From positions 32,001 to 96,000 of the forward strand of contig JAHHIK010000012.1 in NCBI GenBank assembly GCA_019358935.1: DNA of 64,000 nucleotides. The letters are read 5' to 3'. This DNA is from Tolypothrix carrinoi HA7290-LM1 (GTDB taxonomy: Bacteria; Cyanobacteriota; Cyanobacteriia; Cyanobacteriales; Nostocaceae). The translations under genes were made by a program, and so were the position numbers. Shown here in pieces: positions 39,327 through 51,825 of this stretch. Under the pieces are notes generated by a model. It did no database searches. It saw only the letters and a list, made by a program, of their open reading frames with translations, and was not told the DNA's origin. The stretch's first letter is position 1. Every line of letters begins with the position of its first letter.

Positions 39327-40710
39327 CTAACTTAAACCCATCACCGTGCGATAATGCGCTTCAATTTGCGCGACGGTTTGCGATTTGCGCGTTGTCTGCC
39401 ACTGACTGTGGTTAAATAATTCTTGCCGCAAGTTATCAACATCAATAGTTTTTACTTTACCATTGGCGACGATTTGCTTGCCATTCACCCAGACGCTATC
39501 TACAACGTTGGTGGGACGACCTAAAACTAATAAACCAATTGGATCTGTACGCGGCAGTAATGATAAACTGGTGAGGTCATAAAGTACTAAATCGGCTTTT
39601 TTCCCAACGCTGAGAGAACCGAGTTCATCTGCCATATTTAGTGCTTTTGCACCGCCATTAGAAGCCATTTCCACGGCTAGCCGGGGTGTAATCCAGTGTT
39701 TATAATCTGAGTTGGTGACGTTGTGCAATATTGAACCGATTTTGATCGCTTCTTTGTAAGTCTTGAGAATCATTACTTGATGCACCATCACAGCCAAAGG
39801 TGACGTTAACTCCAGCTTGACAATATTTTAATATGGGGGCGATGCCACTACCTAAACGCAAATTGCTTAAGGGGTTGTGAACGACTGTAGATTTCGTTTC
39901 TGCAAGGATGGCAATGTCAGCTTCAGTTAAGTGAACGCAATGTGCTAGGGAAGTGCGATCGCTTAAATACCCAATTCGTTTAAGATGTTCAACAGCACTG
40001 CAACCATATTTTTCTTGAGCGAGTTTTTCTTGCGCTTTGGTTTCGAGTAAGTGCGAATGACGACAAAGGTCATATTTTTCGCTTAATTCAATACATCCGC
40101 TAAACAAAGCATCAGAACACAATTGTATCCCTGTTGGTGCTGTAGCAATATATATACCCTCATCTGGGCGATGAAATTGCTTTATCGCTTCAGAGATAAT
40201 TTCCAATGTTGCCTGCGTTGAGCGAAAATAAGGCTCATGAGTCTGTTCTGATTCTCCGGATGGTATCCCCGCACTCAGAGATTCATCTTGAATTAACGGT
40301 GCGACAAAAGCGCGGATTCCTACTTCTTTGTAAGCGCGAACCGCTGTGGCAATGGTTTCTAACTCTTTCCCCGGAATTAGTACCAGATGATCTACTACAG
40401 TTGTACCACCCGAAAGTAAAGTTTCTACGGCTGTACCCAACGCGCTGAGATAAACCTTCTCAATATCCAGGGGTGCAAAGTCGTAAAGTTCCGCCAACCA
40501 TAATTCCAGGGGAAAAACTGACATAATTAAGCGCTGCCACATTTCCCAAGAGTGAGTGTGGGCGTTGACGAAACCGGGAAGTAACAGTTTATTTTTACCA
40601 TCAATTGCGGTAGCGATCGCATCACACCCAGTAGAGATTGCGGCAATGGTATTATCTACAACCTGCACATCTACGGTGTCGTAACCGTTTTCAACCCAAA
40701 TTAAAATAAA
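39327..40710 (-). pseudogene. Amidohydrolase (AtzA/TrzA/deaminase-like), frameshifted and apparently lacking its start
   Basis: PGFVNAHTH, HSHLLE, LAHCV, HNPLSNLRLGSG and GCDGASSND, then a +1 shift at ~39754 to EAIKIG...GKKADLVL. The upstream frame (ILIWVENGYDTVDV) reaches a stop with no ATG. Confidence 0.8.
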
Positions 40711-40812
40711 ATATTTATTATTGTATCCACAATATTTAACCTTAATTAAGTAATTTCACTTCAAGGCAAATTCAAGCTACAAAGTAAAAAATGATGTTGG
40801 GTGAAGGAATTT

Positions 40813-41580
40813 ATGAATTTGCCTTTTCGGACATTGGGAGTTGCACCAAATGCTTGGACGGTGAATCATGCGATCGCAGATATCACTCGTCCTCCCGTAA
40901 CCCCACAAAGAGTTATCTTAACAACAGAAACTAAAGAGGTGCGTCTTGACTTGGCAAAAGCCGCCATTCTCGTCATTGATATGCAAAACGACTTTTGCCA
41001 CCCCGATGGGTGGTTATCACATATCGGCGTAGATGTCAACCCTGCGCGTCAGCCCATCGAACCTTTGAAAAACTTACTTCCAGAACTTCGTTCCGCTGGA
41101 GTTCCCGTAATATGGGTAAATTGGGGCAATCGTCCCGATTTACTCAATATTAGCGCCGCATCGCTTCACGTTTACAACCCTACAGGCGAAGGCGTGGGAT
41201 TAGGCGATCCCCTACCTACTAACGGTGAATTAGTATTAATGGCAGGTAGTTGGGCGGCTGCGGTGGTCGATGAACTCGAACAACTACCCGAAGATATTAC
41301 CGTAGATAAATACCGCATGAGTGGTTTTTGGGATACTCCTTTAGATAGTATCCTGCGGAACCTGGGAAAGACGACACTGTTCTTTGCTGGTGTCAACGCT
41401 GACCAATGTGTAATGACCACGTTATGCGATGCCAACTTCTTAGGATATGACTGCGTGTTAGTCAAAGACTGCACTGCGACAACTTCTCCTGAATATTGTT
41501 GGTTAGCGACGCTGTACAACGTCAAACAATGCTTCGGCTTTGTAACTGACTCTCAAGCGATTTTAAAAGTGTTGAAGTAG
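40813..41580 (+). CDS. Isochorismatase-family cysteine hydrolase
   Basis: VIDMQNDF, DKYRMSGF and GVNADQCV motifs (Asp-Lys-Cys triad). Confidence 0.92.
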   Translation: MNLPFRTLGVAPNAWTVNHAIADITRPPVTPQRVILTTETKEVRLDLAKAAILVIDMQNDFCHPDGWLSHIGVDVNPARQPIEPLKNLLPELRSAGVPVIWVNWGNRPDLLNISAASLHVYNPTGEGVGLGDPLPTNGELVLMAGSWAAAVVDELEQLPEDITVDKYRMSGFWDTPLDSILRNLGKTTLFFAGVNADQCVMTTLCDANFLGYDCVLVKDCTATTSPEYCWLATLYNVKQCFGFVTDSQAILKVLK

Positions 41581-41589
41581 ATAGTGGAT

Positions 41590-41718
41590 AGTGGGGCATG
41601 GGGCATGGGGCATTGGGCATTGGGCATTGGTAATAATTCTTTTCCTTTCCCCTTTCCCCTTTCCCCCTCTTTAATTGCCCAATGCCCATTGCCCATTGCC
41701 CATTGCCCATTGCCCATT
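41590..41718. repeat. STRR heptamer repeats
   Basis: GGGCATG/GGGCATT, CCCCTTT and TGCCCAT arrays; similar blocks at 37395-37523, 42250-42449 and 48963-49130. Confidence 0.85.
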
Positions 41719-41774
41719 AACAACTAACGACCAACAATTAACAACCATCGACAACTTATGAGGAAATAAATCAA

Positions 41775-42230
41775 ATGCACGCTACTCGTTGTGTAATTCC
41801 TGTTGTCAAGTCTCCTAAAGATTACCAAACCTATCGCATTAGTCCCGATGCTACAAATCGGTTAGCAATCATCTTTGATTCGGCAACTGCTAACTCTTCC
41901 TTAACTTCTTGTATAGAAATTTTTGATGTCGGTGGCGAAACACCGCCCAATCGCCATCAATGGGCTTTAGAAATGTTTTTTGTCATCAAGGGAGAAGGTC
42001 TTGCTGTTTGTGACGGAAAGTCTGTAGAAATTAAAGCAGGAGATAGTTTGTTAGTGCCTCCTACAGGCACGCATCTAATTAAAAATACAGGTTCAAGTCG
42101 CTTGTATATGCTGACAATAATGGTTCCTAATGAATATTTTGCGGAATTAATTAGAAGTGGTATACCAGTAGAATTAGATGAGGAAGATATGACAGTACTT
42201 GGAAGATTAGATTCCTTAATGCCTAGTTGA
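41775..42230 (+). CDS. Cupin-domain protein
   Basis: TPPNRHQWALEMFFVIKGEG and AGDSLLVPPTGTHLIKNTG motifs. Confidence 0.9.
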   Translation: MHATRCVIPVVKSPKDYQTYRISPDATNRLAIIFDSATANSSLTSCIEIFDVGGETPPNRHQWALEMFFVIKGEGLAVCDGKSVEIKAGDSLLVPPTGTHLIKNTGSSRLYMLTIMVPNEYFAELIRSGIPVELDEEDMTVLGRLDSLMPS

Positions 42231-42449
42231 AAACGTAAAATATATACTAATGGGCATGGGGCATTGGGCATGGGGCATGGGGAGTGGGGAGTGGGGAGTG
42301 GGGAGTGGGGAATGGGTAATGGGTAATGACTTTTCTCATTCCCAATTACCAATTCCCAATTCGCAATTACCAATTACCCCTTCGGGGTTCGCCAGGTGCT
42401 TCAAGTCGGCAGAGCCGCCCAACGCACTGGCTCACCAATTACCAATTAC

Positions 42450-45400
42450 CTACTTAGTTGTCAATTCCAGAATTTTTTCAAATAAAAAGTTATTAGCTAA
42501 ATCAGTTAAACAGTCTTTCAGTAAAACATTTTCTGGTGGAATTTGCTCAATCAAATCAAAAATTAGGTCATCGCTGCATTGAGCTGCGGCATTGTATACT
42601 TCTGCTAACCATTCTGGCGACATTTGAGATAACAAAGGCACTAAATCGCCAGATAATAATATTTCTTGTGTGGTTTTTTTGGTTTTTTCTGGGATTTCAG
42701 CGCTTTCTTCTTGATAAAGATATTCTAACCCCAGATATTGGCTAAGTTTTTCTAATAGTATTTCTTCCCGGAATGGCTTATTAATAAAATCATCACAACC
42801 GGCTTGCATTATTGCTGTTCGTTGTTCCTCAAAGACGTTAGCAGTTAAGGCAATGATTACAGTTGTGATTTGTCTGTAGTCTTCTTTAAATGACTCTCTT
42901 GCTTTAATAACTTTTGTGGCTTCATAGCCATCCATCACAGGCATCCGCATATCCATTAAGATTAAGTGTGGTTGCCAAGTTGACCAAATAGCGATCGCTT
43001 CATTACCATTTGCAGCTTCTTTAACTGCAAAACCTATGTCTGTTAGTAGTTTAACTAGCAGCAAACGGCTTTCTCTGACATCATCAACCACCAAAATGCG
43101 ATATTCTCTTTGCTTAGGCGCCAAACCAATAACTCGGCGTTTAGTTTGAGTAATTTCAATTTCGCTTTCTGTTGCTAAACTAACTTGAATATCAAAACTA
43201 AATGTACTTCCCGCACCAAAAGTACTGCTGACGCTAATATCTCCCCCCATTAATTGCACGTATTTACGGCTAATTGCTAAACCTAGTCCTGTTCCCTGTT
43301 GCGATTTTTTCCCACTTTCAGTTTGCCCAAACGCAACAAAAAGCTGGTCGAGTTCTTCCGGGGAAATACCCACACCGGTGTCTTGTATCTCGAAGATTAG
43401 GGAGTGGGGAGTGGGGAGTGGGGAGAGGGGGGGATGGGGAGAGGGGGGAGATGAGGGAGATTGGGGAGATGAGGGGGATGGGGGAGCTGGGGAAGAAATT
43501 TCCCCTTGTCTCCTTGTCTCCTTGTCTCCAAGGAGTCCCCCTTGTCCTCCTTGTCCTCCTTGTCCCCCCTGTCCTCCTTGTCCCCCTTGTCCCCCACTCC
43601 CCCACTCCCCCTGTCCCCCTCTCCCCTCATCCCCCAGCAAGACGCGCAGTGTCACACTACCGGTATCGGTAAATTTGATGGCGTTTCCTAAAAGGTTGAG
43701 TAAAACTTGGCGCAGTTTGCTTTCGTCGGTTTGTATATATTGAGGAATGGTTACAGAATATTCAAATGTCAATTGTAAGCCTTTGTCAGCAGCGCGGAAG
43801 TGCAACATGTCTTGCAAGTTATCCAACAAGCGAATTAAGTCAAAGCTGCTGGGATTTAATGTTGTTCTACCAGCTTCAATTTTGGACATTTCCAGAATGT
43901 CGTTGATTAAATTAAGTAGATGTTCGCCAGCGCGATTGATGATTGTTAGGTTTTGCTGATTTTCGCTGGATAAGGAATTTTCTCGACTCATAACTTGAGT
44001 GAAGCCAAGAATGGCGTTAAGTGGGGTACGCAGTTCATGACTCATGTTGGCGAGAAATTCGCTTTTGGCGCGGTTAGCAGCATCAGCAGCGATCGCAGCT
44101 TGTTGTAGTGCTTGTGACTGTTTTTGAGTTTGTGTCAGCAATTCTGCTTGCTGCAAAGCAACTCCCAACTGATTGCCGATTTGAACTGCAATGCTAATTT
44201 CTCCTGTTTTCCATTGTCGGGGAGTGTAATTTTCATAACTTGCCAGCAATCCCCACAGTTGATTACCACAGTAAATTGGCACTGTAATGTAAGCTTTTGC
44301 TTGAAAGCGCTCTAAAAGTTGGACATAACATTCTTCAAATCCAGCTTTGTAAATGTCGGGAACACAAAGAAAACTTGCGCCACGTTGGTACATACCGCCT
44401 TGAGTTTCTTGCAGATAACTATCCAAAACTTGGTTCTGGTTATCTTGACTATTTAACATTCTGACTACACAACGGTCGTCTTGTAAAGCACCATTCGTGA
44501 AGTTGGGATCGTTTTGATCTTCTTCTATCAGAGAAATCCAGTTATTGCTTACCGACTCGGCGACAAATTCGCCACTCCAGTTGTGATTAAAACGATAGAC
44601 AACTACGCGATCGCAGTTGAGTACTTGCCGCAATTCTTGAGTTGTCGCGGCAAATATTGTCTCTATGTCCAATGTCTGGCGCATCCTTTGAATTACGCGA
44701 GCGATGGTACGTTCTCTTTCTGCACTTTCATGCAAAGCTACTTCTGCTACTTTATGCTCAGTTATATCCGTTATTGTACCGATAAAGCCTTTAATTTCTT
44801 TGTTATCGTCAAGTTCAGGTAATGCTTGACAAATGACCCAAATATCCGTGCCATCAGCACGTAAAAAGCGATGCTCGCATTGATACAGAGTTTGATTTGC
44901 TGCGGCTTCATTCCAGACGGCAAAAACGCGATCGCGATCTTCTGGATGTAAAGCGGACATCCAACCTATCCCCAAAGCCTCTTCTTGTGAGTATCCAGTC
45001 ATCTCTGTCCAACGTTTATTTATATACAAGCAATTCTTCTCAGCATCAGTATGAAATATGCAAACTGGTGAGGCTTCTGCTAAAGTTTGATAGCGGCGCT
45101 GGCTGGTAAGCAGCGCTAACTCTGCTTGCTTGCGAGCGGTAATTTCGACTACAACTGTACCCGCTCCAGACAAGTTCCCATTTTCCCCAGGAATCGGAAA
45201 GTAAGAAGCGAGGAAATGACGCTCAGTATCCGGTTGCTTGGTTGATGCAACGCTGACTTCTAAATTAAGAATCGGTTCACAAGTTTGCAACACCTGCTCG
45301 TAAAATGGTGCAACCAAGGGAGCGATAACGGCGGGTACGATCTCATAGATAGTTTTGCCAATATAATCAAGCTGGCGTCGTCCGTAAATTTCTGCCAACA

Positions 45401-48400
45401 GTTCGTTGATTTGCACAAACCGCAATTGATTATCTAAAATGCTCATCCCCACCGGCGCACAGCCAAAAAAGGCATTGAGACGCGCTTCTCTGAGGGCTAG
45501 TTCTCTTTCTAAAGTTTTGCGCTCAGTGATGTCTTTGTGCGTACCCGTGATTCGCAGCGGCTGACCTTTATTATCCCGTTCGCAAACCTGACCGCGAGAC
45601 AGAATCCACTTCCACTTACCCATACCGGTACGCATCCGAAATTCTACTTCATAAACGGGAGTAGCACCTTGAAGATGGGCGTTTAAAGCTTGTTTAACTA
45701 CGGGCAAATCTTCTGGATGTATTAATACCTCAAAAGCCGCTATATTATCTGCAATCTCGTGTTCTTTGTACGAAAGCATTTTTTTCCAATGCCAATCGCG
45801 ATAAACTTTACCGGTGCTGAGATTCCAATCCCACAAGCCTAAATTGCTACCTTCTAAAGCTAGTTGTAAACGTTCTTTGCTTTGTTGGTGTTGTGCTTCT
45901 ATGTGTTTTCGCACTATTAGCGCACCCAACTGGGCAGCTACTACACCAACTAATTCCAGCAAACGCTTATCTACAGGTAGCGAGCTGCGTTTAAAAAACA
46001 CCAGAACTGCCAACACTTGATTATCAGATTGAATCGGAACGGCAAAACCGGCTTTGAATCCTACGCGGGTGGCGATTTGAGAGCGGAGAAAAGTTGGCGA
46101 ACCAACCGCAGTTACATCTTCAATCCATTCTGGCTGTTTACTTAACCAAACTCGTCCTGGTAGTCCCACACCAGCAGCAAATGTGATATTTTGGCTATGG
46201 CGGTTGAATTTTTCTAACATGCTTTGGTCTTCGCACCAAGCCAGTTTATGTTCTAAAACAGTACCATCTTCACTGGGTATCCACGCCTCACCAAAATCCC
46301 AGTTAATTGTGTGACAAATTAAACGCGAAACTCGTTCTAAAGCACTGTTGACATTTTGGGCGCGGGTAATAGCTTGGGTTGTTAACAACAGCAAACGGCT
46401 TTCATTTTCCGCGTGCTTGCGCTCGGTAATGTCTTTAGATGTACCAAGCATGTACTGTTGTTGGTCAATCTCGATTAGTTCCGCACTAAACAGTACCGTC
46501 CTAACTTCCCCAGTTGCAATGCGGAAATCGATTTCATGATTGCGAATAACTTTCGTCTGTTGCAAAATTTGGGTGAGGAAAGCACATTCTTCAGTATTCA
46601 CCCAAATATTCAATTCTTGCTTGATGCGACCGATAATTTCAGAGCGAGAACAACCAAAAAACTTACAGAAGCTGTCGTTAACTTCGATATAACGTGTTTC
46701 GGGAAAAGTCGAGAGAGCAATTGGGTCAGGAGATGACCGAAAAGCTGATGCAAACTTTTCTTCAGAAGCGCGTCTTGCTGCTTCCGAGGATTTGCGCTGT
46801 GTAATATTGCTTGCTGTGCCTGTGATGCCGACAACTAAATCTGCTTCATTTTGCAAAGCGATCGCATTCACCATTAGATAAATCAGGCTACCATCTTTAG
46901 CGATGCGCTTCGTCTCATATTGAAACACAGTTTCACCGCAGAGAACACGCGCAAATAATTCTCTATCTGCCGCAACTTGTTCTCTTGGTATAAAATCAAG
47001 CCAAGAACGCCCAATCATTTCTGCTGGTTCGTAGCCGAAAACTTTTCTCACAGCAGAGTTGACAAAAGTAATATACCCGTCGATATCCGTTTTCCAAATT
47101 ACATCTTGGGATGTTTCAACTAAGCGACGATATTTGCTTTCATTCGCTTTTAAGGCAGCTTCTGTTAAAAGACGTTCCCGAATTTCTGCTTGTAGTTGGA
47201 TATTTTGACTGTATAACTCGTCACGAGCTTTTTTCTCTTGTTCTAGTAGTGTAGCTTGGGCTAGGGCAATTCCCACATTGGCAGCGATAGACTCTAATAG
47301 TTCAATTTCTGCGGGTGTCCATTCTCGGTGGCGATCGCATTGATGTAAACCAATTACGCCATTAGCTTCACCTTTGTAAGAAGTGCGTACTGCCAGCAAA
47401 GACTTCATTTCCAGCTGTCGGCAAATATCTTGGACATTTTGCAACAGTGGATCGGCAAAGACATCATAGGAGGCGATCGCTTCATCTTGCAATAATATTT
47501 GTTGCAAATGAAGATTGCCCGCAACGGGTATTTCAAAATTCATCAACGAAGCATAGCCAGGAGATAAAAATTCGCCCAAAATGGGAATTTTTGGATTTGG
47601 CAAGCTGACGTAAGTATGAATAAGTACGCGATTCACATCAAGCGTCTCACCTATTTGCCTAGCAGCTGTCTCTAATATCTTTTTGGGATCTAATTCCGAA
47701 CGAATTTTATCTGTAATTTGTCTGAGTAAGTGACTGCGGTTAAGTTGTTGTTGCAGCGCATCCTCAGCAAGTTTGCAATAACTAATGTCTGTTATTGAGC
47801 CAGTTATTCGCATCGGCTTTCCGGCTTCATCCCATAGTGCCTCTCCTCGCGATAGAATCCATTTATAACTATTATCTTTACAGCGTATTCGGTACTGAGC
47901 AATGTATTGGGTACTTTGGCGATTTAGGTAAGCCATTAAAGCACTCATCATCCGCTCCAAATCGTCAGGATGAATCAACTTCACCCATTGATCAAAATCA
48001 TTCAATTCATCCTCAAGATATCCCAGTATCTCTCTACAGCGGGCAGAGAAGAAATATTTATTAGTTCTCAGGTCGCGATCCCAAACGCCATCATTATTAC
48101 CTTTGAGAGCTAATTGCCAACGTTCTTCGCATTTTGTCAAAGCTTTTTCTGCATCTTTGCGGCTAGTAATATCCATTACAGAAGTCACGACAAAAAATTT
48201 GCCGTCATCTTTGGGAAAAATTCCCCGCGTCATATTTACAGTTAACCGCGAATTATCTTTTCGTATAATAGTAACTTCTTGATTTTGAGACTGTGAGCCA
48301 TTGCGGATAAAATCTTGATATTCTTGAATTAAATCTGCTTTTTCTGCCTCTGTTAAACTTGGATAATGCAAAGTAAACAATTGAGCAATTATTTCTTCTC

Positions 48401-48962
48401 TAGTAAACTGATAAAGTTGACAATACGCTGGATTGACATCGACAACATATCCATCTTCATCCGTCAGACAAATTCCGACTTGGGCAAAATTTAAAATAAA
48501 TTCTATTTGTGTATTACGATTTTTTAACTCAACCGCAACTTGTTCTAGTTGAGAATTCTGCTTTTGTAACTGTTTTTGCAGCCTTTGGATCGTCAGTTGA
48601 TTTTCTACTCTGGCAAAAACTTCTTCAACTTGAAATGGTTTGGTGATGTAGTCTACAGCACCCATTTTAAATGCTTTCACCTTGTCAAAAACATCTTCCC
48701 CGTTGCTGAGAAAAATTACGGGAATATCGCGAGTTATTTCATCAGCCTTCAGTTGTTGGCAAACTGTATAGCCATCAACTGAAGGCATTTTGATATCCAA
48801 CAAAATTAAATCGGGTGGAGCCAATTGCGCCACCATTAGAGCTAAGATAGCTATATTTACACCCCGAATTGTGTATCCGCGTTGGGACAGAGTAGCAGAT
48901 AAAATTTGCAGATTATCCTGCGAATCATCAACTATTAAAATACTGCCTTGATTTGCGTGCAT
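42450..48962 (-). CDS. Multi-sensor hybrid histidine kinase (REC, multiple PAS/PAC and GAF domains, HisKA-HATPase, REC)
   Basis: N-terminal ILIVDD...PDLILLD, repeated PAS/PAC motifs, three GAF-like regions, [13 protein letters not shown] and C-terminal ILVVDD...LMDMRMP. The first 40 codons of the track ORF are STRR DNA, so the start is placed at ATG 48962. Confidence 0.93.
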   Translation of the reverse strand: MHANQGSILIVDDSQDNLQILSATLSQRGYTIRGVNIAILALMVAQLAPPDLILLDIKMPSVDGYTVCQQLKADEITRDIPVIFLSNGEDVFDKVKAFKMGAVDYITKPFQVEEVFARVENQLTIQRLQKQLQKQNSQLEQVAVELKNRNTQIEFILNFAQVGICLTDEDGYVVDVNPAYCQLYQFTREEIIAQLFTLHYPSLTEAEKADLIQEYQDFIRNGSQSQNQEVTIIRKDNSRLTVNMTRGIFPKDDGKFFVVTSVMDITSRKDAEKALTKCEERWQLALKGNNDGVWDRDLRTNKYFFSARCREILGYLEDELNDFDQWVKLIHPDDLERMMSALMAYLNRQSTQYIAQYRIRCKDNSYKWILSRGEALWDEAGKPMRITGSITDISYCKLAEDALQQQLNRSHLLRQITDKIRSELDPKKILETAARQIGETLDVNRVLIHTYVSLPNPKIPILGEFLSPGYASLMNFEIPVAGNLHLQQILLQDEAIASYDVFADPLLQNVQDICRQLEMKSLLAVRTSYKGEANGVIGLHQCDRHREWTPAEIELLESIAANVGIALAQATLLEQEKKARDELYSQNIQLQAEIRERLLTEAALKANESKYRRLVETSQDVIWKTDIDGYITFVNSAVRKVFGYEPAEMIGRSWLDFIPREQVAADRELFARVLCGETVFQYETKRIAKDGSLIYLMVNAIALQNEADLVVGITGTASNITQRKSSEAARRASEEKFASAFRSSPDPIALSTFPETRYIEVNDSFCKFFGCSRSEIIGRIKQELNIWVNTEECAFLTQILQQTKVIRNHEIDFRIATGEVRTVLFSAELIEIDQQQYMLGTSKDITERKHAENESRLLLLTTQAITRAQNVNSALERVSRLICHTINWDFGEAWIPSEDGTVLEHKLAWCEDQSMLEKFNRHSQNITFAAGVGLPGRVWLSKQPEWIEDVTAVGSPTFLRSQIATRVGFKAGFAVPIQSDNQVLAVLVFFKRSSLPVDKRLLELVGVVAAQLGALIVRKHIEAQHQQSKERLQLALEGSNLGLWDWNLSTGKVYRDWHWKKMLSYKEHEIADNIAAFEVLIHPEDLPVVKQALNAHLQGATPVYEVEFRMRTGMGKWKWILSRGQVCERDNKGQPLRITGTHKDITERKTLERELALREARLNAFFGCAPVGMSILDNQLRFVQINELLAEIYGRRQLDYIGKTIYEIVPAVIAPLVAPFYEQVLQTCEPILNLEVSVASTKQPDTERHFLASYFPIPGENGNLSGAGTVVVEITARKQAELALLTSQRRYQTLAEASPVCIFHTDAEKNCLYINKRWTEMTGYSQEEALGIGWMSALHPEDRDRVFAVWNEAAANQTLYQCEHRFLRADGTDIWVICQALPELDDNKEIKGFIGTITDITEHKVAEVALHESAERERTIARVIQRMRQTLDIETIFAATTQELRQVLNCDRVVVYRFNHNWSGEFVAESVSNNWISLIEEDQNDPNFTNGALQDDRCVVRMLNSQDNQNQVLDSYLQETQGGMYQRGASFLCVPDIYKAGFEECYVQLLERFQAKAYITVPIYCGNQLWGLLASYENYTPRQWKTGEISIAVQIGNQLGVALQQAELLTQTQKQSQALQQAAIAADAANRAKSEFLANMSHELRTPLNAILGFTQVMSRENSLSSENQQNLTIINRAGEHLLNLINDILEMSKIEAGRTTLNPSSFDLIRLLDNLQDMLHFRAADKGLQLTFEYSVTIPQYIQTDESKLRQVLLNLLGNAIKFTDTGSVTLRVLLGDEGRGGQGEWGSGGQGGQGGQGGQGGQGGQGGLLGDKETRRQGEISSPAPPSPSSPQSPSSPPSPHPPLSPLPTPHSLIFEIQDTGVGISPEELDQLFVAFGQTESGKKSQQGTGLGLAISRKYVQLMGGDISVSSTFGAGSTFSFDIQVSLATESEIEITQTKRRVIGLAPKQREYRILVVDDVRESRLLLVKLLTDIGFAVKEAANGNEAIAIWSTWQPHLILMDMRMPVMDGYEATKVIKARESFKEDYRQITTVIIALTANVFEEQRTAIMQAGCDDFINKPFREEILLEKLSQYLGLEYLYQEESAEIPEKTKKTTQEILLSGDLVPLLSQMSPEWLAEVYNAAAQCSDDLIFDLIEQIPPENVLLKDCLTDLANNFLFEKILELTTK
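43400..43637. repeat. STRR block translated in frame inside the kinase ATPase domain
   Basis: GGGAGTG, GGGGAGAT and TTGTCCTCC repeats encode GGQGGQ...[10 protein letters not shown]...LPTPHS between TLRV and LIFEIQDTG. Confidence 0.85.
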
Positions 48963-49180
48963 TGGGAATTGGGAATTGGGAATAGGGAATTGGGAATTGG
49001 GCAATGGGCAATGGGCAATGGGCAATGGGCAATGGGTAATTGAAGAGGGGAAATGCCCCATGCCCCATGCCCATTGCCCCATTACTTAGTACATAGTACC
49101 CACTCCCTACTCCCTACTCCCTACTCCCTACTACGCCACTTGCGCGTCTGCCGGGGAACCCGTCCAACGCAGTGGCTCCC

Positions 49181-50458
49181 CTACTCCCCAGTTTCTTGCA
49201 ACACAGTCTCTATCGCCCGCTGTTTTTGCGGATCTGCTCCTTGAGCGTATTCTAAGGAGAAAGGAACGCTGATATCTGGGGTGACACCCTTACCCTCTAA
49301 CCTTTGATCGTTATTGAGAAATACATTTGTGACTGCTACATAAAGCAGGCTATTATCTTTCATTAAAAACGGACTACCAGCAACTACAGCACCGATTGTT
49401 TTGGAGCCAATTACTTGTCCGATGCGGTGTTGTTGAAAAGCAAACGCGAGAATTTCCTTACTGCTGCGGCTACCTTCATTGACCAACATCACCGCAGGCT
49501 TTTTCCATTGATAATTATAGGTATATTGTTTGCCATTGCGTCGAATATTCGTGACGCTTGGTCCTGGTTTTGCGGTAAATATGTTGAGATAATCTAAATC
49601 TCCTCCACCCCAACCGTCTCTAAGATCCAAAATTAATGCGTCTGCGCTTGACAGACGACCATAAATTAGGTCATCTTGCAACTGTTGCTGATGCGGATCG
49701 GCTGCATTTGACCAAATATGAACATAGCCAATTTTCTTGCCTTGTTGTTCAATTATTTGAGTGCTGGCTTGTTGAGCATCAAAAAAGATTTTAGTTGTAT
49801 CGAACATCTTTGGGGCGATCGCTATTTCTTGCCGACTATTTACATCCGATGTTCTCTGAATCAACAATTTAACTTGTTGACCCGCTTTACCCGCAAAAGA
49901 TTGTATTGCTTGATACGGCTTACCATCTACACTCAGTATTTCATCGCCCACCTTCAAGCCGGAAGACGCAGCCGGACTTTTATCTAGAATCGCTTTGACA
50001 AAAATCTTGCCGTTCATCTCTTTGGTAAACGCGCCAATACCACTGTATTCAATTTTGCCTTTGGGGAAAATCTTTCTTAATTCTTTCTGTAAATCTCTAC
50101 TTCTCGGATAAAAAATCCCTAAAAGCTGGTAATATTCGGGTTCATTTGCAGTGTAAAAGCGAGTGTGCGAAGTCCGCAATTGAGAAAGCATCTGATTGAT
50201 GATGACAGCAGCTTCTTCAGTTGACTTGGTTCGCGCTATTTGAGGTTTATACTGTTCTCGGATGGCTTTCCAGTCTACTCCGTTAAATTTGGGGTCAAAA
50301 AAGTTGTCGTTTACTGTTTGCCAAACTTGCTCAAAAACTTGAACCTCTGGTTTTGCCAAAGTCGGTAATAGCGGCGCCAACCACAGCAAAAGCAATACAG
50401 AGAAGCTAAAAAGGATTATTATAGCTAGACGGTTTAAGCGAGATGGAAAGTTTTTCAT
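49181..50458 (-). CDS. S41-family (tail-specific, PDZ) periplasmic peptidase
   Basis: SPAASSGLKVGDEILSVDG (PDZ), LILDLRDGWGG, SRSSKE and LEGKGVTPD motifs; hydrophobic leader. Confidence 0.9.
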   Translation of the reverse strand: MKNFPSRLNRLAIIILFSFSVLLLLWLAPLLPTLAKPEVQVFEQVWQTVNDNFFDPKFNGVDWKAIREQYKPQIARTKSTEEAAVIINQMLSQLRTSHTRFYTANEPEYYQLLGIFYPRSRDLQKELRKIFPKGKIEYSGIGAFTKEMNGKIFVKAILDKSPAASSGLKVGDEILSVDGKPYQAIQSFAGKAGQQVKLLIQRTSDVNSRQEIAIAPKMFDTTKIFFDAQQASTQIIEQQGKKIGYVHIWSNAADPHQQQLQDDLIYGRLSSADALILDLRDGWGGGDLDYLNIFTAKPGPSVTNIRRNGKQYTYNYQWKKPAVMLVNEGSRSSKEILAFAFQQHRIGQVIGSKTIGAVVAGSPFLMKDNSLLYVAVTNVFLNNDQRLEGKGVTPDISVPFSLEYAQGADPQKQRAIETVLQETGE

Positions 50459-50594
50459 CTTAATTTTTATTTCATCAGCGATGTCTAACGACAAGCCGTT
50501 AAGCGGCTACGCACAACCACTGATGAAAAAGCTTTGGTATTAGTTCCACTTCAAGTGAGCACAAAGAGCGCTTTTCAAGTCTATGAATCACAGT

Positions 50595-50700
50595 TGTGAC
50601 CTCTCTAAACCTCTCTCCAAACCTCTCTCCTGCAAGGAGAGAGGCTTTGATTTCCCCCCTTCCCTGGTAGGGAAGGGGGGTAGGGGGGTTAGGTCTGCGC
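50595..50700. repeat. Palindromic dispersed repeat (CCTCTCC...GGAGAGG / CCCCTTCCC...GGGAAGGGG); a related copy lies at 54050-54130
   Basis: Directly visible paired hairpins. Confidence 0.75.
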
Positions 50701-50743
50701 GTAGTCTAATCAACTGAAAATTGCTGTAAGTCCTCACTACAGT

Positions 50744-51724
50744 TTATCTATTAACGCTGCTCATATCAGCATAGCGATCGCCTGCTGCAACACCTAATGG
50801 TGATACTTCATCAATCCGCGCAAGCTCGGCTGGTGTTAATGTAATATCTACCGCTGCAACATTCTCCTCTAAATAACTAACGCGCTTTGTTCCCGGAATC
50901 GGTACAATGTCTTCTCCTTGCGCTAGCAACCACGCTAAAGCTAATTGTCCCGGTGTCGCATTTTTTTCCTTAGCGATTTCCTTCACGCGCTCCACAACCT
51001 GAAGATTTTTGTCAAAGTTTTCACCTTTAAACCTAGGTAAATTTCTCCGAAAGTCGTCAGCCGCAAAGTCATCTGGACTGGTGATTTGTCCGGAAAGAAA
51101 GCCTCTACCCAGTGGACTGTAGGGAACAAAGCCAATCCCTAAACTGCGAATAGTCGCTAAAATCTCGTCTTCTGGTTCGCGTTGCCAAAGTGAATATTCC
51201 GACTGCAAAGCTGTAATTGGGTGGACAGCATGAGCGCGTCGAATAGTTTCTGCCGCTGCTTCCGACATTCCCAGGTAGCGGACTTTACCAAGTTGTACTA
51301 ACTCTGCCATTGCCCCAATAGTTTCCTCAATGGCAACTTGGGGATCGACGCGATGCTGATAATAAAGGTCAATGTAGTCAACACCAAGTCTTTGCAAAGA
51401 AGCATCGCAAGCCGAGCGAACATACTCCGGGCTACCGCTGACACCACGAAAGCGGCTATCATCAGTACGCAGGATACCGAATTTAGTTGCTAAGACAACG
51501 CGATCGCGTCTATCCTTAATTGCCTTACCAACAAGCTGTTCATTTGCTCCTTTGCCATACATATCAGCCGTATCCAGCAAATTTACCCCCAAATCCAAAG
51601 CACGGTGAATCGTCCGGATAGATTCAGTCTCATCAACCGCACCGTAAAACTCAGACATACCCATACATCCGAGTCCCAATTCCGAAACCGTCAAACCCTG
51701 ACTTCCTAATTTGCGTGTCTTCAT
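50744..51724 (-). CDS. Aldo/keto reductase
   Basis: [39 protein letters not shown] and PIPGTK motifs; start placed at MKTRKLG. Confidence 0.95.
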   Translation of the reverse strand: MKTRKLGSQGLTVSELGLGCMGMSEFYGAVDETESIRTIHRALDLGVNLLDTADMYGKGANEQLVGKAIKDRRDRVVLATKFGILRTDDSRFRGVSGSPEYVRSACDASLQRLGVDYIDLYYQHRVDPQVAIEETIGAMAELVQLGKVRYLGMSEAAAETIRRAHAVHPITALQSEYSLWQREPEDEILATIRSLGIGFVPYSPLGRGFLSGQITSPDDFAADDFRRNLPRFKGENFDKNLQVVERVKEIAKEKNATPGQLALAWLLAQGEDIVPIPGTKRVSYLEENVAAVDITLTPAELARIDEVSPLGVAAGDRYADMSSVNR

Positions 51725-51825
51725 AAATTCTCTCCTCGTAGTAAGCACTTCAGTGCTTAAAAATATCTCCATCACTCATCGAACACCGGGAAAGCTTACG
51801 ATAAAAGTCAAACAGTTCTACACGC

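Noticed and set aside
40680..40812. NtcA box in the divergent amidohydrolase / cysteine-hydrolase promoter
   Set aside because: No GTA-N8-TAC match was found by eye.
48963..49082. Track-predicted first 40 residues of the hybrid kinase
   Set aside because: Pure STRR sequence; the receiver domain starts just after ATG 48962.
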